Shown piece by piece: positions 25,903-37,445 of a stretch of 64,000 bases of DNA. The position numbers and the translations under genes were made by a program. The first letter of the stretch is position 1. Each line of letters opens with the position of its first letter. Below the pieces are notes generated by a model, which was not told the origin of the DNA, ran no database searches, and saw nothing but the letters and a program-made list of their open reading frames with translations. The DNA is from Bilabrum cf. latius (Eukaryota), in contig OZ237739.1 in assembly GCA_965178125.1 (NCBI GenBank), positions 248,001-312,000 of the forward strand, read 5' to 3'.

Positions 25903-26433
25903 TTAAGAACTCTAAGGAAGAACCAAATAGTTGAAAGCATAATCCTCATTACCTGCTGCGTTACCGGATAGATGGACTGTAAACTCATCAGTTCCTGCAA
26001 CCACTTTCAAAAACTCAGTTGCCCCTCCTGTTGGTTCAGTAGTTGTAGTAATATGAACATGATCACCTGCAACCACACCTGGGGCTGAAAAGGTCTAGGT
26101 TGCCAATGATGAACCACCAGTCCAACTGCCTGATCCATGGGCTTTAACTGCATTAGTGGAATTAACTGTGCCATTCAGATCAATATTACAATTCTCGCCA
26201 TCATTGCTAAACAATAATCTCATTCCAGCGGATAGTGCGTTTTTACCAAATCTAAGCTCATCTGCTTCTGAAAGGATGTAAGGTACTCCTATTGAGCCCT
26301 CAAATATAATACTTGAGTTGCCAACTAATACATCGCTTGGACCTAAAACTGGATTTAAGCGTAAAGTCTTTGCTCCCATTCTTGGGGCATAAAGGTTATT
26401 GGTATTTCTTGGGTCGGTCAGTATATCTGCCAT
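25903..26433 (-). CDS. Hypothetical beta-rich protein, possibly a virion fibre or spike component
   Basis: 176 aa via TAG; Gly/Thr-rich C-terminus TFSAPGVVAGDHVHIT...FTVHLSG...FNYLVL. The function is a guess. Confidence 0.5.
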
Positions 26434-26492
26434 TATACTCTAAACCAGAAAATATTCCACCAATTCTTATTTTTTTTCTTATCTAGAGTATA

Positions 26493-27125
26493 ATGGAGGC
26501 AAGTCCTTTCTCACTTTCAGTCGGAACTTTTGTTCTAACTGCCCTTTACTATGCTGGCAAAATGATCTTAAGGAGTCTGCCTTAGAGATCAGTAGACCAG
26601 CGAAAGAAACGAGTTCTGGTAATGCCCAGAAAATGCTATAAAACCAGATTATGCCAAAGTGTTGAATCTAAAGACAAGAATCTACGATTAGTCGATCTTG
26701 ATGAAACAATCAAAGCCCTTGTGATTGGTGATGCTAAAGAGCAAATGAAATTGGCTTGGGGGGAGCAGCACCTTGATAAGAATGTTGCTCTAAGTATGAG
26801 ACGAAAGTACGTACTAGATGCAATTGAACTAACTAAAAAGGAATGGTTCACAAATTCCGACAGATAGCAAATCTACGTTTGCAGTGATGTTGAATTAGCT
26901 TTTGAAGTGTTCAAACATGATAGTATTTGTATTGCTGTACCAAGTCGCAAGTGCTCAAATGCTATTTTCGACTCATTGTCCGATCAAGATCGGGAACAAT
27001 ACTTAGATTCCCGCAAAGATTTCTCGCCTTATGAAAATAGCAATGCTATTACTTTCAACGGCTACGATGAACTAGAGCAAAAGGTTATTGCCATGTACCC
27101 CAAACTAAGATCCAAACTACATTGA
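26493..27125 (+). CDS. Hypothetical protein with an N-terminal hydrophobic segment
   Basis: Track ORFs 26622 and 26907 fuse via TAG; upstream ATG at 26493; ends at TGA. Confidence 0.6.
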
Positions 27126-27175
27126 ATACTCTAGAACTCTAGAACTCTAGAAATAAAATTACTACTATTTCATAT

Positions 27176-27550
27176 ATGTATCAAAATGATATAGTAATAA
27201 TAAAGAAAAGTCCTATCGCTGGTTACGGAGTATTTGCATCTAGAGATATCGCTCAAGGAACACCCATTGCTTATTTCTTTGGTATTGAAATGAGCACTGC
27301 TGATATTCGACTCAAATATGGCAACTTTAGATTCTGTTTAAGGAGACCATTCCGCAAATGGATCTGTTCCCGTGAATTGCCCCACGTTATTAACTTTGTA
27401 AATGGCTCGGGGTTTGGTAAGAGTGCCGATATGCAACCCAATGTTATAATCAAAGAACGATGGCTATTGCCAACTCGTGATATTAAACAAGGCGAAGAAC
27501 TATTGCTAAAATATCCAAGAGGGTACTTTCGTGACGTCAAATTGGAGTAA
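27176..27550 (+). CDS. Minimal SET-domain lysine methyltransferase (vSET-like)
   Basis: IKKSPIAGYGVFASRDI..G, FVN..PNV and RDIKQGEELLLKY...YF. Confidence 0.85.
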   Translation: MYQNDIVIIKKSPIAGYGVFASRDIAQGTPIAYFFGIEMSTADIRLKYGNFRFCLRRPFRKWICSRELPHVINFVNGSGFGKSADMQPNVIIKERWLLPTRDIKQGEELLLKYPRGYFRDVKLE

Positions 27551-28109
27551 TCTTGATTTTCACTTTGATCTTTGGTTTGGATTGCTATTCAAGCCATTGC
27601 TGGTGTTTTAGAGAGCGGCGGTGTTCTGCTAAACTGCCACGAGTAACAACTGCTCCACATTCACATGTTATTTTCTAACGCTTTCGTTCATTGATTTCCC
27701 CCTTGTTGTTTGCACGATATTGTTTACACTGCTTTAAGTGTTTATCACGATTTATTTGATAATATTGTTTCTTGTAATCTTGATCAGATTTCGCTATAAT
27801 TCCAGATGGAATACGCCCATTAATACAAGGGTTGTTTTTGATCCAATGGGCTTCATGTAATTCCAATTCTTGTCGAGTTGAGCAAGGATACGTTTCAACT
27901 AACTGTATTGCAACTTTGTCTAAACCACGTTCTAACAATCTAAATGAGGAGATGTTGTAAAAGTTGCCCCGCTACCACCGATTAAAATCATCTTTGTGTT
28001 CTTTTAACCTCTATTTCAATGTTCGCGTTGTACTACCATAATATGGCAATAATACTGGGCTTTCAGTTGAATAAATCATATAAATTTTTCCTTTTGAGTA
28101 ATCTGGCAT
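27537..28109 (-). CDS. GIY-YIG endonuclease with a C-terminal zinc finger (copy 1)
   Basis: GKIYMIYS...YYGST..LKQRL..H...EL...EA.WI...CIN; C-terminal TCECG...H....H. Confidence 0.85.
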
Positions 28110-28142
28110 TAGATTTTCAAATGAAAATCAATTTCAAGTTTC

Positions 28143-29153
28143 TCAGAATAAAAAGCACTTGCTTTGAGTGACAGCGTATCTATTAATCTTATCTATGTAC
28201 ACCCATCGACTAGATTTAAACTAATCCTCTAAAAGATGCATCTGTTTCTTGTTTAAACTCAAATATTTATCCATTAGGAAGTTACGGTCTCTCTCGGGAG
28301 TCTATCTGTAAATAATATAACTCTAACACTCTCGATGCAACAAACGGGTTTTCCTGTAATCACTGGGAGAGTGCGTAACCCATATTACACTCGCTCCATG
28401 GGATCTTCCTTTAACAAGTAAGTGTTCCGCTAAAAACATGGCTCTTGATTCTAGTTCACCCTCGATATCATCAAACATCAACACACTTGGACGTTCTAGC
28501 AATTTATGCAATCCCGGTGTGAAAGCATATTTACCACCTCTTTTCATGGCAACTTTCATTCTATCCAAGGCTTTCTCACCCTCAATCCTTTGTTCTGGAT
28601 CCATGCCTTTCTTTGTATGTTTAAACTCAATTACTGCATCTCGATATAATCTTGCTGAATCGTCTGGAACAACCAGTTCATGAATCGGGACTTCTATCAT
28701 TCCTAATTCTTTGAATCGAGATTCCTAGGGTTTTCCGTTTACTACTACAATCTACAAGTTTGGATTTAAGTTTCTCATTGTTTGCAATATCTCAATTCCA
28801 AGAGTAGTCTTGCCACTTCCAGCCATTCCAAAGTTGTAAATACAACAACGAGGACTCTCTTTAGTCATCAAGGGGATGATCTTTCCACTCTAGTTTTTAA
28901 ATTTGTAGATTTTAAAACCCCTATCTCGTAACTCCTCCCAGTGCTTTGGTTGATTCTTGACGATTCTAGCCTTGCGTTCGCCGATCTTGTACCTTAGGTA
29001 AGCCTAATCTACTGTTTCTTCTTCTGAGTCTTCAGAATCGCTGTCGCTTACGTTTTCATAAACTTTCGGCATGAAATAAATCACCTTTCCATCTCCGTAA
29101 AGTGAATATGCTATTGGATTACTGTTTTCCTATCTCATGGTACTTAAACTCAT
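28143..29153 (-). CDS. Packaging ATPase (A32/FtsK-HerA family), 336 aa
   Basis: MSLS..PIA N-terminus, Walker A GMAGSGKTT, Walker B VLMFDDIE, GRSHGASVIWVTH, TRLLHREC and SRWV. Confidence 0.9.
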
Positions 29154-29195
29154 ATATATAGACGTACATGAGAAATTATTTCTTGCCAAGTATAT

Positions 29196-30623
29196 ATGAG
29201 TAGTAATATCTCTACACAAGAACAAGAGCGATTGATGCTCCTTAAACTATTACAACAAAGTATCGCTGGTTCTGCAGGAATCGAGTAGGAACGAATCGGT
29301 GAATTACAGCAAGATATCTAGGATCGCGTACAAGCCTTTAAACGTGCCGAGCGAACTAAGAAGTTACGCCAAGCAGGTTTCCTAAATTAGGAGGAAATGC
29401 GTGATGATCGCCGGGCAAAAGCCAGAATCAGTACTTTAATGACTCAATTAGAGCGAGAGGATGATGAAAATATGGATTCCATGATAAATATTGCCGCCAA
29501 AATTGTTGAAACCCTTGGAATGCACGATATTGTTGATCCCAAATACATCGAGTCCCTAAATCGACGAGTTGACAAATTAAAACCAAACCGTATAGGTGCT
29601 TTAGCCCAAGTTGCCTACGATGAAGCCATGGAATCTGCCAGTCAAGCTTTACTCAAGAAAGTTCAAGATCCCGATCTCAGACGCCGAGGAACACAAAGCA
29701 GTGCAACTGGTGGTCCTTCATCATCTATCAATCCCATTGATCTGGATGATGGTATCGGACCGGCTAGCGGTGCTGGACAAGGCGGCGATGGCGGAGATGA
29801 TGTTGGTAAAGATGGAGGTGGAGATGATGATGATGATGATAGTGCAGATGATGATACCCAATATGTTGATGGAGCAAGCTTTTTCTCAAATAGCAACACC
29901 CTACAGTCTAAAGCACCAACAGAATCCTCTAATCGTTAGGGCATATACAGACCAAGTATTGCATCACCTACCAAAGCTCTTAGGGCAAAATCCAGGATTC
30001 CAATCAAACCAAAACGGAAAATTAAAGTATCCGCTAAAGCACGTGCTAGTGCCGAACAAGGCAGCGCCGAAGGCAAAGCAGCTGCTCAAGGTGCTAGCGA
30101 GAGCGCAAGTGGTTCTGCAAGTGGTGCAAGTGGTGCAAGTGGTTCTAGTGAAGGTGCAAGTGGTGCTGCAAGTGGTTCTGCAAGTGGTGAGGTTAAAGGC
30201 AGAGGTGCTAAGCAACCAAGCAAGAAAAACTCCAGCAAACCCGATTCCATCCAGAAACGTGCCATGCAACTCGCTGGTGCTAAACGCCGTGCATACGTGA
30301 ACGCCACACAAGGCGAAGCTTTACGAGATGCGTATAATGTAATTAAAGGAGGCAAACCTTAGTTTCCTGTTGCTCAAGATAAACAAGCAAGTAATTTGAA
30401 AGGCGGAGGCTTACTGCAAGAGGTTGGTAAACTAGCTTTTGATGGTTTAGTAGCTGGACCTTTACGCAAAGTAATTGGTGATAAGGGATTAAAAGCAGTT
30501 GCTCCAAAAGCACACAGGAGAATCAATGCTAATGAACGTCGTGCTGGCAAGCAAGGTTAGAAAGCATAGGATGAGCAATTACTATTAGATCGATTAAGAC
30601 GTCGAAGACGTGCTAATGGATGA
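29196..30623 (+). CDS. Hypothetical 475-aa protein (coiled coil, acidic and Ser/Gly/Ala tracts, basic C-terminus); possible core protein
   Basis: One frame via several TAGs to TGA. Contains KGG motifs reminiscent of virion-protease cleavage sites (inference). Confidence 0.55.
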
Positions 30624-30660
30624 GTTATGTTAAAAATAATAATATATAGAGAAATCATAT

Positions 30661-31071
30661 ATGTCAGATATTAATGGCGAACAATGTCGTATTTGGAGGT
30701 ATAAAGGTAGACTCCATAGAGTTGGCGGTCCAGCAATTGAATTTGTCAACGGTAGAAAGGAATGGTGGTCTCACGGAATACGCCACCGAGCAGATGGTCC
30801 TGCTATTATCAACCCTGATGGCTCTGAGTATTGGTATAAGGAAGGAAAACGCCATAGAAAAGACGGACCTGCATCCACAGATTCAGAAGGTACTAAAATA
30901 TGGTACTGGCATGACGTACGCCATAGAAAAGATGGACCAGCGTGTATTTATCCCAATGGAGCCCAAGTCTGGATGTTCAAAGGAAAACGCCATAGGGAAG
31001 ATGGACCAGCGTGTATTGGGGCTGATGGTCGAAAGGAATGGTATATTCATGGAGAAGAACAAGATGTCTAA
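30661..31071 (+). CDS. HRxDGPA-repeat (MORN-variant-like) protein
   Basis: Five repeats of G.RHR.DGPA.I..DG...W. Confidence 0.85.
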   Translation: MSDINGEQCRIWRYKGRLHRVGGPAIEFVNGRKEWWSHGIRHRADGPAIINPDGSEYWYKEGKRHRKDGPASTDSEGTKIWYWHDVRHRKDGPACIYPNGAQVWMFKGKRHREDGPACIGADGRKEWYIHGEEQDV

Positions 31072-31209
31072 AAATATTTCTGAGAATTCCCTATTAATAT
31101 CAATTAAATTAATACGGAATTATTCGCAAAATCACAGTTGTCTGTGTACTTATATAGAGAGAAATTTATTTTTAAAATACCAGTGGGAATTTATCTATGA
31201 TAATATATA

Positions 31210-32415
31210 ATGAATAGTATCACAGATAAATAGCGAAAAATACTCAACCACTTGTACTACGATAAAAAGAGTTTTCTTGGACGGGATCGCTTTTGGAAAC
31301 TTGCTTTGGATTTCGGTGTAGATCTACCACGACGAACCGTCTACTCTTGGCTGAGTAATCAAGAGGTGTATCAAATGCAAAAACCAACACGCCAAGCCAA
31401 AAGTATTAAATCTACTCGATCCAAAGCACCATTCAACAAACTACAAATAGATCTAGTTGATATGAGTAGTAGCACAACAGCAAGAGGAGCAAATTGGTTA
31501 CTAACTGCGATTGATGCCTATACCCGAAAAGCATACGCTTTGCCAATGAAAAATAAAAATGAAAAGACTGTTCTTGATAGTTTAGATCTTTTGCTGGATG
31601 AACTACCCAAATTACCCAAATCCATCTAGAGCGATAACGGTTCAGAGTTTATCAACAAGAAATTTAAAGCCCGTTTAAAATCCTTGAAAATTAAACAGAT
31701 TTTGAGTACTGCAGGAAAGCCTTAGACCAATGGACTCGTTGAAAGATTCAATGGCACGCTCAAAAGATTTATTAAAAGCGATTTACTGAGCACAGGCGAA
31801 AATGATTGGGATGTTAACTTGCCATTATATCTCAAAGCATACAATTCCACTCCACAAACTACCACGGGTAAAGCACCTGATAAATTGGTTGAGGAATGGA
31901 AACAATCAAATATGAAAGAGGCTCCTGAAATCAAACAAGCATCCAAGCAAGATTTGGCAACCCAGCAATTCAAGATTGGCGATCAGGTACGAATTAAATT
32001 AGTCTAGAACCAAAACTAGAAACGTGCGGAAAATTGGTCCAAGGATTTATACCAGGTTGCCGAGGTGTTTAAGCCACGATAGCCTTGGAGTCCTTTCCAG
32101 TATCAAGTTAAGGATAGCCAGGGAGGCTTACTTAAAACCAAGTATGGCAACGAGGATTTGCAACAAATCAATGCGGTGGAAAACAAGAGTAAATTAGCGG
32201 AGCGATTTGAACTTAGTAGCATTACACGTCCCAGTGTCCGAGATGGCGAATAGGGATACATTGTTAGATACAAAGGATACTCTAAACCGGAATGGAATAG
32301 CCTGAAAAATTTGGAATTGGATGTACCAAAAATGGTACGGCTATTTGATAAGCGACACAATGTGGTTTGGAAAAAAGACAAGAAAGACAAATGGACTTTC
32401 TCATGGAAAAAATAA
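31210..32415 (+). CDS. Retroviral-type (rve, DDE) integrase with C-terminal SH3-like and chromodomain-like regions, Polinton/mavirus type
   Basis: LQIDLVDM, LTAIDAYTR, IQSDNGSEF, PQTNGLVERFNGTLK, YNSTP.TTTG.AP, FKIGDQVRI and YIVRYKGYS..EW. The conserved Q residues are encoded by TAG. Confidence 0.93.
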
Positions 32416-32501
32416 CAGTTAAATTTCATTGATCATATTATATGAGTTATGAATAGTATTTGAAGTATAAAAACACACGTATTAGCACGTTGCCATAGTA
32501 C

Positions 32502-33512
32502 ATGAGTTATCTTAAAAGTATATATGATGATGATTTATATAGAATCATTAACAGCACACCAAAGTTAAAAGTTGGAACCGATTGTAGTGGCATAGATGCA
32601 CCAATTCATTCCTTAAAAATCATGAATATACCTTTTCAATATGAATTTGCATCAGATATAGATAAATCAGCTAAAGCCAGTATTAAATGCAACCACCAAC
32701 CGCGCATATTTTATGATAATATAATGACACGTGATCATTCAAAATTACCCAAACTAGATTTATATTGTGCCGGATTTCCATGCCAATCATTTTCAACATT
32801 GGGTAAACGTCAGGGATTTGACGATAATAAAAACAGAGGAACTGTGTTTTTTCACTGTTACGAAACCATAAAACAAACTCAACCACAAATGTTTATTCTA
32901 GAAAACGTTAAAGGACTGTTAAGCCATGATAAAGGCAAAACTTTTAAAACAATCATGGATCATCTTTCAGCATTAAAAGGATATTTCATTCATCACTAGG
33001 TTTACAATACACTGGATTATGGATTGCCGCAATCCAGAGATCGCGTTTACATAGTGGGTACAAAAGGATCATTTGTGCCGCCCGAGCCCATAAAATTACC
33101 CATAGGAATTAAGGAAATACTTGAACAAAATGTTAATGATCCATATTATTTTCAAATCACCCCACACAAGAAACAATTAATCAAAGATTCTTTGTCCAAT
33201 GGTTTGATTGATAACATCAAGAATGATTGGGTAATGAATTTGAATGTATCATCATACAAAAGAACAGGTGCTTAGCTGGGAATATCACCATGTTTACTTG
33301 CTGGAGGTGGTGGTAATTGCACATTTTTTATTACATCACTCATGCGCAAACTAACACCCCTAGAATATCTAAGATTGCAGGGATTTCCTCCAGATTTTAA
33401 AATTTGCGTTAGTAGAGCACAGACATATAAACAGGTTGGAAATGCAATGTCGGTTAATGTGGTGTGTTTTATTCTAAAAAGCATGCTGATGGGATTGAAA
33501 GGGGGAAAATGA
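32502..33512 (+). CDS. C5 cytosine DNA methyltransferase (full-length HhaI-like)
   Basis: Motif I DCSGI, motif IV GFPCQSFS, motif VI ENVKGL, motif VIII PQSRDRVYIVG, motif IX LRLQGFP and motif X YKQVGNAM. Confidence 0.92.
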
Positions 33513-33547
33513 CGCGCTGTTAAAAGAACTGGATATCATTTATGCAT

Positions 33548-33600
33548 TAAATCATTTACATAAAAAATGATTTAAGGCTAATTTACATTAATTAGAATAT
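33548..33600 (+). promoter_or_regulatory. Conserved upstream dyad AAATCATTT-N~8-AAATGATTTAAG followed by an AT-rich TATA element; putative viral promoter, with further copies at 35318-35370, 35953-36000, 36513-36566, 36871-36925, 37446-37503 and 40990-41027
   Basis: The same motif lies about 25-35 bp before the ATG of successive accessory genes and is oriented with the gene. Confidence 0.65.
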
Positions 33601-33924
33601 ATGGAATACAGTCAACTCCTTCCTTTTAAAATCATGTTTGATAAGAAATCCGATCGATTATTGCTTGGATGTGTGGAATTTCCAATCGAAGAAATAGAAA
33701 GAATAGAACTATCTCGCATTAGCAAAAATGCCATCGATTTCCACCTGCCTTTACTTAAAAAAGAACTCGAGCTAATGGATATTGATCCTAATCACTCTGA
33801 TCTAAAATACAAAGCAGTTAAGCCTAACACTGGTGGTCCATCCCTTTATCAATCACTCAATACCGAAAACAAAATTAAAGTGATAAACCAAATCTTAGAT
33901 ACATTAAATCTAATTTCTACTTAA
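33601..33924 (+). CDS. Hypothetical protein
   Basis: ATG-to-TAA ORF of 107 aa, preceded by the recurrent upstream motif. Confidence 0.6.
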   Translation: MEYSQLLPFKIMFDKKSDRLLLGCVEFPIEEIERIELSRISKNAIDFHLPLLKKELELMDIDPNHSDLKYKAVKPNTGGPSLYQSLNTENKIKVINQILDTLNLIST

Positions 33925-34085
33925 AGAAATATCTCAATATACTTTGTGCGATGAATCTTAAAAGCGTTTCCTCCTTGTCATTCGAAATTTGAATTAGTTT
34001 TCATCGTACTAGTATAGGAAATACCATGGAAATACCTGTTTGTTAATCCATTGATTCTAAGTATTTACTCATTAAATTCACCAAT

Positions 34086-34156
34086 TGGATTATGTTGTAA
34101 CGGTAGCATACTAGCCTCATAAGCTAGAGATTCAGGTTCGATTCCTGATAATCCAA
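34086..34156 (+). tRNA. tRNA-Met (CAT)
   Basis: Acceptor tggatta/taatcca, D-loop aacggta, anticodon stem ctagc/gctag with loop ctCATaa, and T-arm tcagg-ttcgatt-cctga. Confidence 0.85.
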
Positions 34157-34162
34157 ATCCAA

Positions 34163-34275
34163 AGAAAACTAACAGCAATTAATTTGCGTTCCACTCTGCA
34201 AATCTCGGTTCGATTCCGAGGTGATACCTAGTATCACTAGTCACAGCAGCGAGCAATGTTTTCTGCAAAAACATC
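34163..34275 (+). ncRNA. Permuted tRNA-like structured RNA (T-arm, closed 7-bp acceptor-like stem, D-like arm)
   Basis: ctcgg-ttcgatt-ccgag (34204-34220) is immediately followed by gtgatac-cta-gtatcac (34221-34237) and then ta-gtcacagcagcgagca. Outer pairing agaaaac(34163)/gttttct(34258). Confidence 0.5.
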
Positions 34276-34317
34276 ATTTGTTTCTGGGTTTCCTATTGTA
34301 AGAAACTCAAACTCAAA

Positions 34318-34914
34318 TTAACTAGCATTTTGTGTATTTCTTTTCACGAACACTGGTTTAATTTTACCTTTAACACCATTTTTGTACCATGTTTGTGTTC
34401 CATGAAAATTAATAACTGCTGGACCATCATCTCTGTGAAGTTTGCCATTTATGAACCATTTTTTAGATACATTACCTTGATGATTTATAGTTTCTGCTGG
34501 TAGATCACCGTCTCTGTGACGTTTACCATTTTTGTACCATGTTTTAGTTGTACGATGCAGTAGTATCCATTTTTCAATAACTGCTGGACCATTTTCTCTG
34601 TGAAGTTTGCCATACTTATGCCACATCGTTGTGTCACGCCATATCGTGTTATTCCACCTAATTGATGGCAAATCATCAATTGAATGTAACTTCCCCCTTA
34701 ATATAAATATATAATTTGAACTCCAATGCAATCTTACAGATTGGCTATCAGTTCTTAGAATTGGTTGAGTTGCTGAATTAACTTGTCTACAAACTGGACA
34801 CTTGGTTGTATCCAAAGAATTATGGCACTCATTACAAAACGTGCCATCTTTACAACATCCATTATGAACATATTTCCAATCATTTATATCCTATAAACAA
34901 ATACAACATTGCAT
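34318..34914 (-). CDS. RING-finger protein with HRxDGPA repeats
   Basis: MQCCICLQ...CC...FCNEC...KCPVCRQ followed by LHRENGPA/LHRDDGPA repeats. The RING part is hidden from the track by a TAG. Confidence 0.75.
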
Positions 34915-34936
34915 TATAATTAATGTTTGTATTTTT

Positions 34937-35317
34937 TTATACTGATTCTTGTTGTCTTGGTGCTGTTGATCCAATAGTTATTATGTTTGGTTGATTTGGA
35001 ACATTTGTCATCGGTCTTGGTCCTGAGGATTCTAATTGTTGAAGTCGTTCTTTCAACAACTCAATTTCTGGTCGTATTTCTTCATTAATAGCACGAACAC
35101 TAAACATTGACTACATAATGCTCATACAAATATATAAATATGAAAAAAAACCAAATATTCCAATACCTACCTTTACTGTCGTTGTGTATTCATCTTGTCC
35201 ATAAAAATACATGAACAAACTTATGGCTGTTATAGCCGATAATCCTGTACATATTTCACTGTGACATCCATATACTTTTTTTATTTTTATTTCTATTTCT
35301 GATTCTGATGTTCTCAT
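34937..35317 (-). CDS. Small two-TM membrane protein
   Basis: Two hydrophobic stretches followed by a short coiled coil; TAG at 35111 is read through. Confidence 0.6.
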
Positions 35318-35382
35318 ATATTATAATCTATCATTTTAATCTTAAATCATTTATTTAAAAAATGATTTATTATTAATTCCAA

Positions 35383-35952
35383 TCATTCGCCAATTATGCA
35401 TTTGTATTTGTCGTAAATTTCTCGCCAAGTGATTCTACAATCTTGTCGAACACTATAGCGTGGGTGATTGCTAGTTCTCAATTGTTTTTTTAGTATAAAT
35501 ATGTACAGAATGGCTAGATAATCACTACCATCAATTGATGGTCCTTCTCGCATCTTACAAATATGCACTCGTTCTGTTTGTGTATTAATGTATATTGCTT
35601 CTAATTGGTCAATATATATATTAAAATCATTTTGGTATAACATTTCATCTGCCTTTCGTTGTAACTCCTCACGCATCCATTCACTATATCCCACTCTATC
35701 TACAAACTCCTTAGTTAAATTTATCTGCGTTGACGCATTATTGGTTTGATTCCGCTACAGAACTGGTTGTGGTTGTGGTTGTGGTTCAGGTTCAGGTTCA
35801 ATCCACGGCTATCTGCAAGTCGGGCATTTTTCCTGCGGTGGCATAGTTTCCATACAACTATTACAAATAGTGCCTTCTCCACAACACCCTTTATGGTAAT
35901 ACCTATGATCCGTTATCTCATTCAAACAAATACAACATTTTAAATTGTTCAT
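35383..35952 (-). CDS. RING-finger protein
   Basis: MNNLKCCICLNE...HKGCC...ICNSC...KCPTCR; the same RING variant as 34318-34914. Confidence 0.75.
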
Positions 35953-36005
35953 ATATTATTGTATAACATTTTAATCTTAAATCATTTACCAATGAAATGA
36001 TATAT

Positions 36006-36512
36006 TTATAATCCCTTTAATTTCTTCATCATTCTTACTATGCCATTCCCAGGATCTCTTGCAAATTTCTAGCGTTTTGAATGTACCTCGAAAAAGTGAT
36101 CAGTATCTGCCACTGATCGTATAAACTTTCCAAATGTTTTGAATTGGTCGCTGTAATCATCTACTTTATCGTGCCACTAGCATTCTAAATCTTCTTCTAC
36201 ACATCTATCATATTCATCCTCACTCATTTCTGGTAACGGTGTTATACAACTATACTCTGGTTTCTCAATCCAGGGCTTTATGTAACTTTTGTCTTGATCA
36301 ATATACTCTTTCAGTGTTTCTAGTTGCTCTGAAAATATCTTTAGTTTTCGGCACGATATCTTTCTTCCGTCATTCGCATATCCATGCCATCCAACTCCAC
36401 CACATTCATCCATGAATATTGTGATCAAAGTTTCATACACAGTGTCTCTCAAATACATTCCTTTCATCTTTGTACCTGTTTTGTTTTCATAAATCGTTAT
36501 ATTGTATCCCAT
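36006..36512 (-). CDS. Hypothetical protein
   Basis: 168 aa via TAG, ending at TAA; recurrent upstream motif present. Confidence 0.6.
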
Positions 36513-36567
36513 ATATAACTATATAACATTTTAATCTTAAATCATTTACCAATGAAATGATTTAAGA

Positions 36568-36870
36568 TTAATTAGATTTAATTGGCACAAACACGTTTTG
36601 TTTATGTAAAGGCAACCAATCGATTGCTTTGGGTAAGCTTGCTAAATACTTGGGTCGCTATTCAACCTTGTAATTAGTGATTGAATGAGGGTATTTGCCC
36701 AATTTAAGTTGGTTTAAAATTAATCGAGATACGGGATGTTGGTTTAGCACATCTGGATACTGTTGCTCTAGCAATTCCATAGCCTTATTGATATTGTAAA
36801 CCAAATATGTATGCTAATCGCCTTGCAAATCCGTTACTGTTAAAATTATGTTATGAGTTCCTTTCGCCAT
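36568..36870 (-). CDS. Hypothetical 100-aa protein, paralogue of 41028-41318
   Basis: YLVYNINKAMELLEQQYPDV...LNQLKLGKY; recurrent upstream motif present. Confidence 0.55.
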
Positions 36871-36935
36871 TATATATATAATAAATCAAATTAATCTTAA
36901 ATGATTTACTTTTAAAATGATATCCAGTTGTTCAG

Positions 36936-37445
36936 TCATGATCCCCAATTAACGTACCAGTATCCATTTCTAGGAGACAATCCTTCAAAATACTGATGAT
37001 GGATATCAACACCACCAAACCATTTGGATTGCAATCTAGCCTCTTGTTCGAGTTCCAGAATACAATCGAGTAAGTAACGTGTGGTAAATCCGCCTTCCTT
37101 ATTGCTATCGAATGATTTTAGGGTATCGAATGATTTAAGCCTGATCTATTTTTCAGGATAGACAATTTTATCAAGTAAATCATCTGGATAAGGGAGGAGT
37201 TTACTCTCATATTTATTTTCAAGAGTTGTAACATGAACCAACAATGGTGACCAATGGATTCCAGTTGGTACAGTACCTTCATCAACACGTTCGTTGTATA
37301 GAGTGCCGATGCGATGAACTGCTGATTTATCGATTTCAAATATCAGATTAGCAGAAACAGCTTCTAGCAAACAATTTTTGTTTTGAATAGTTAATCGTGT
37401 ATCGAAATCCTCTGGAATTGATTCATCGGAGTCGCTTCTTTCCAT
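36936..37445 (-). CDS. Hypothetical protein ending HHQYFEGL...WGS* (a pattern I associate with large-DNA-virus hypotheticals)
   Basis: 169 aa via TAG; GFTTRYLLDCI...GGVDIHHQYFEGL...VNWGS. Confidence 0.55.

Noticed and set aside
29611-30300. Val/Gln-rich 229-aa ORF
   Set aside because: It is an alternate-frame reading of the Ser/Gly/Ala repeat in 29196-30623.
34086-34156. Amber (CUA) suppressor tRNA explaining the recoding
   Set aside because: The ctag words are in the anticodon stem; the loop is ctCATaa, i.e. CAT.
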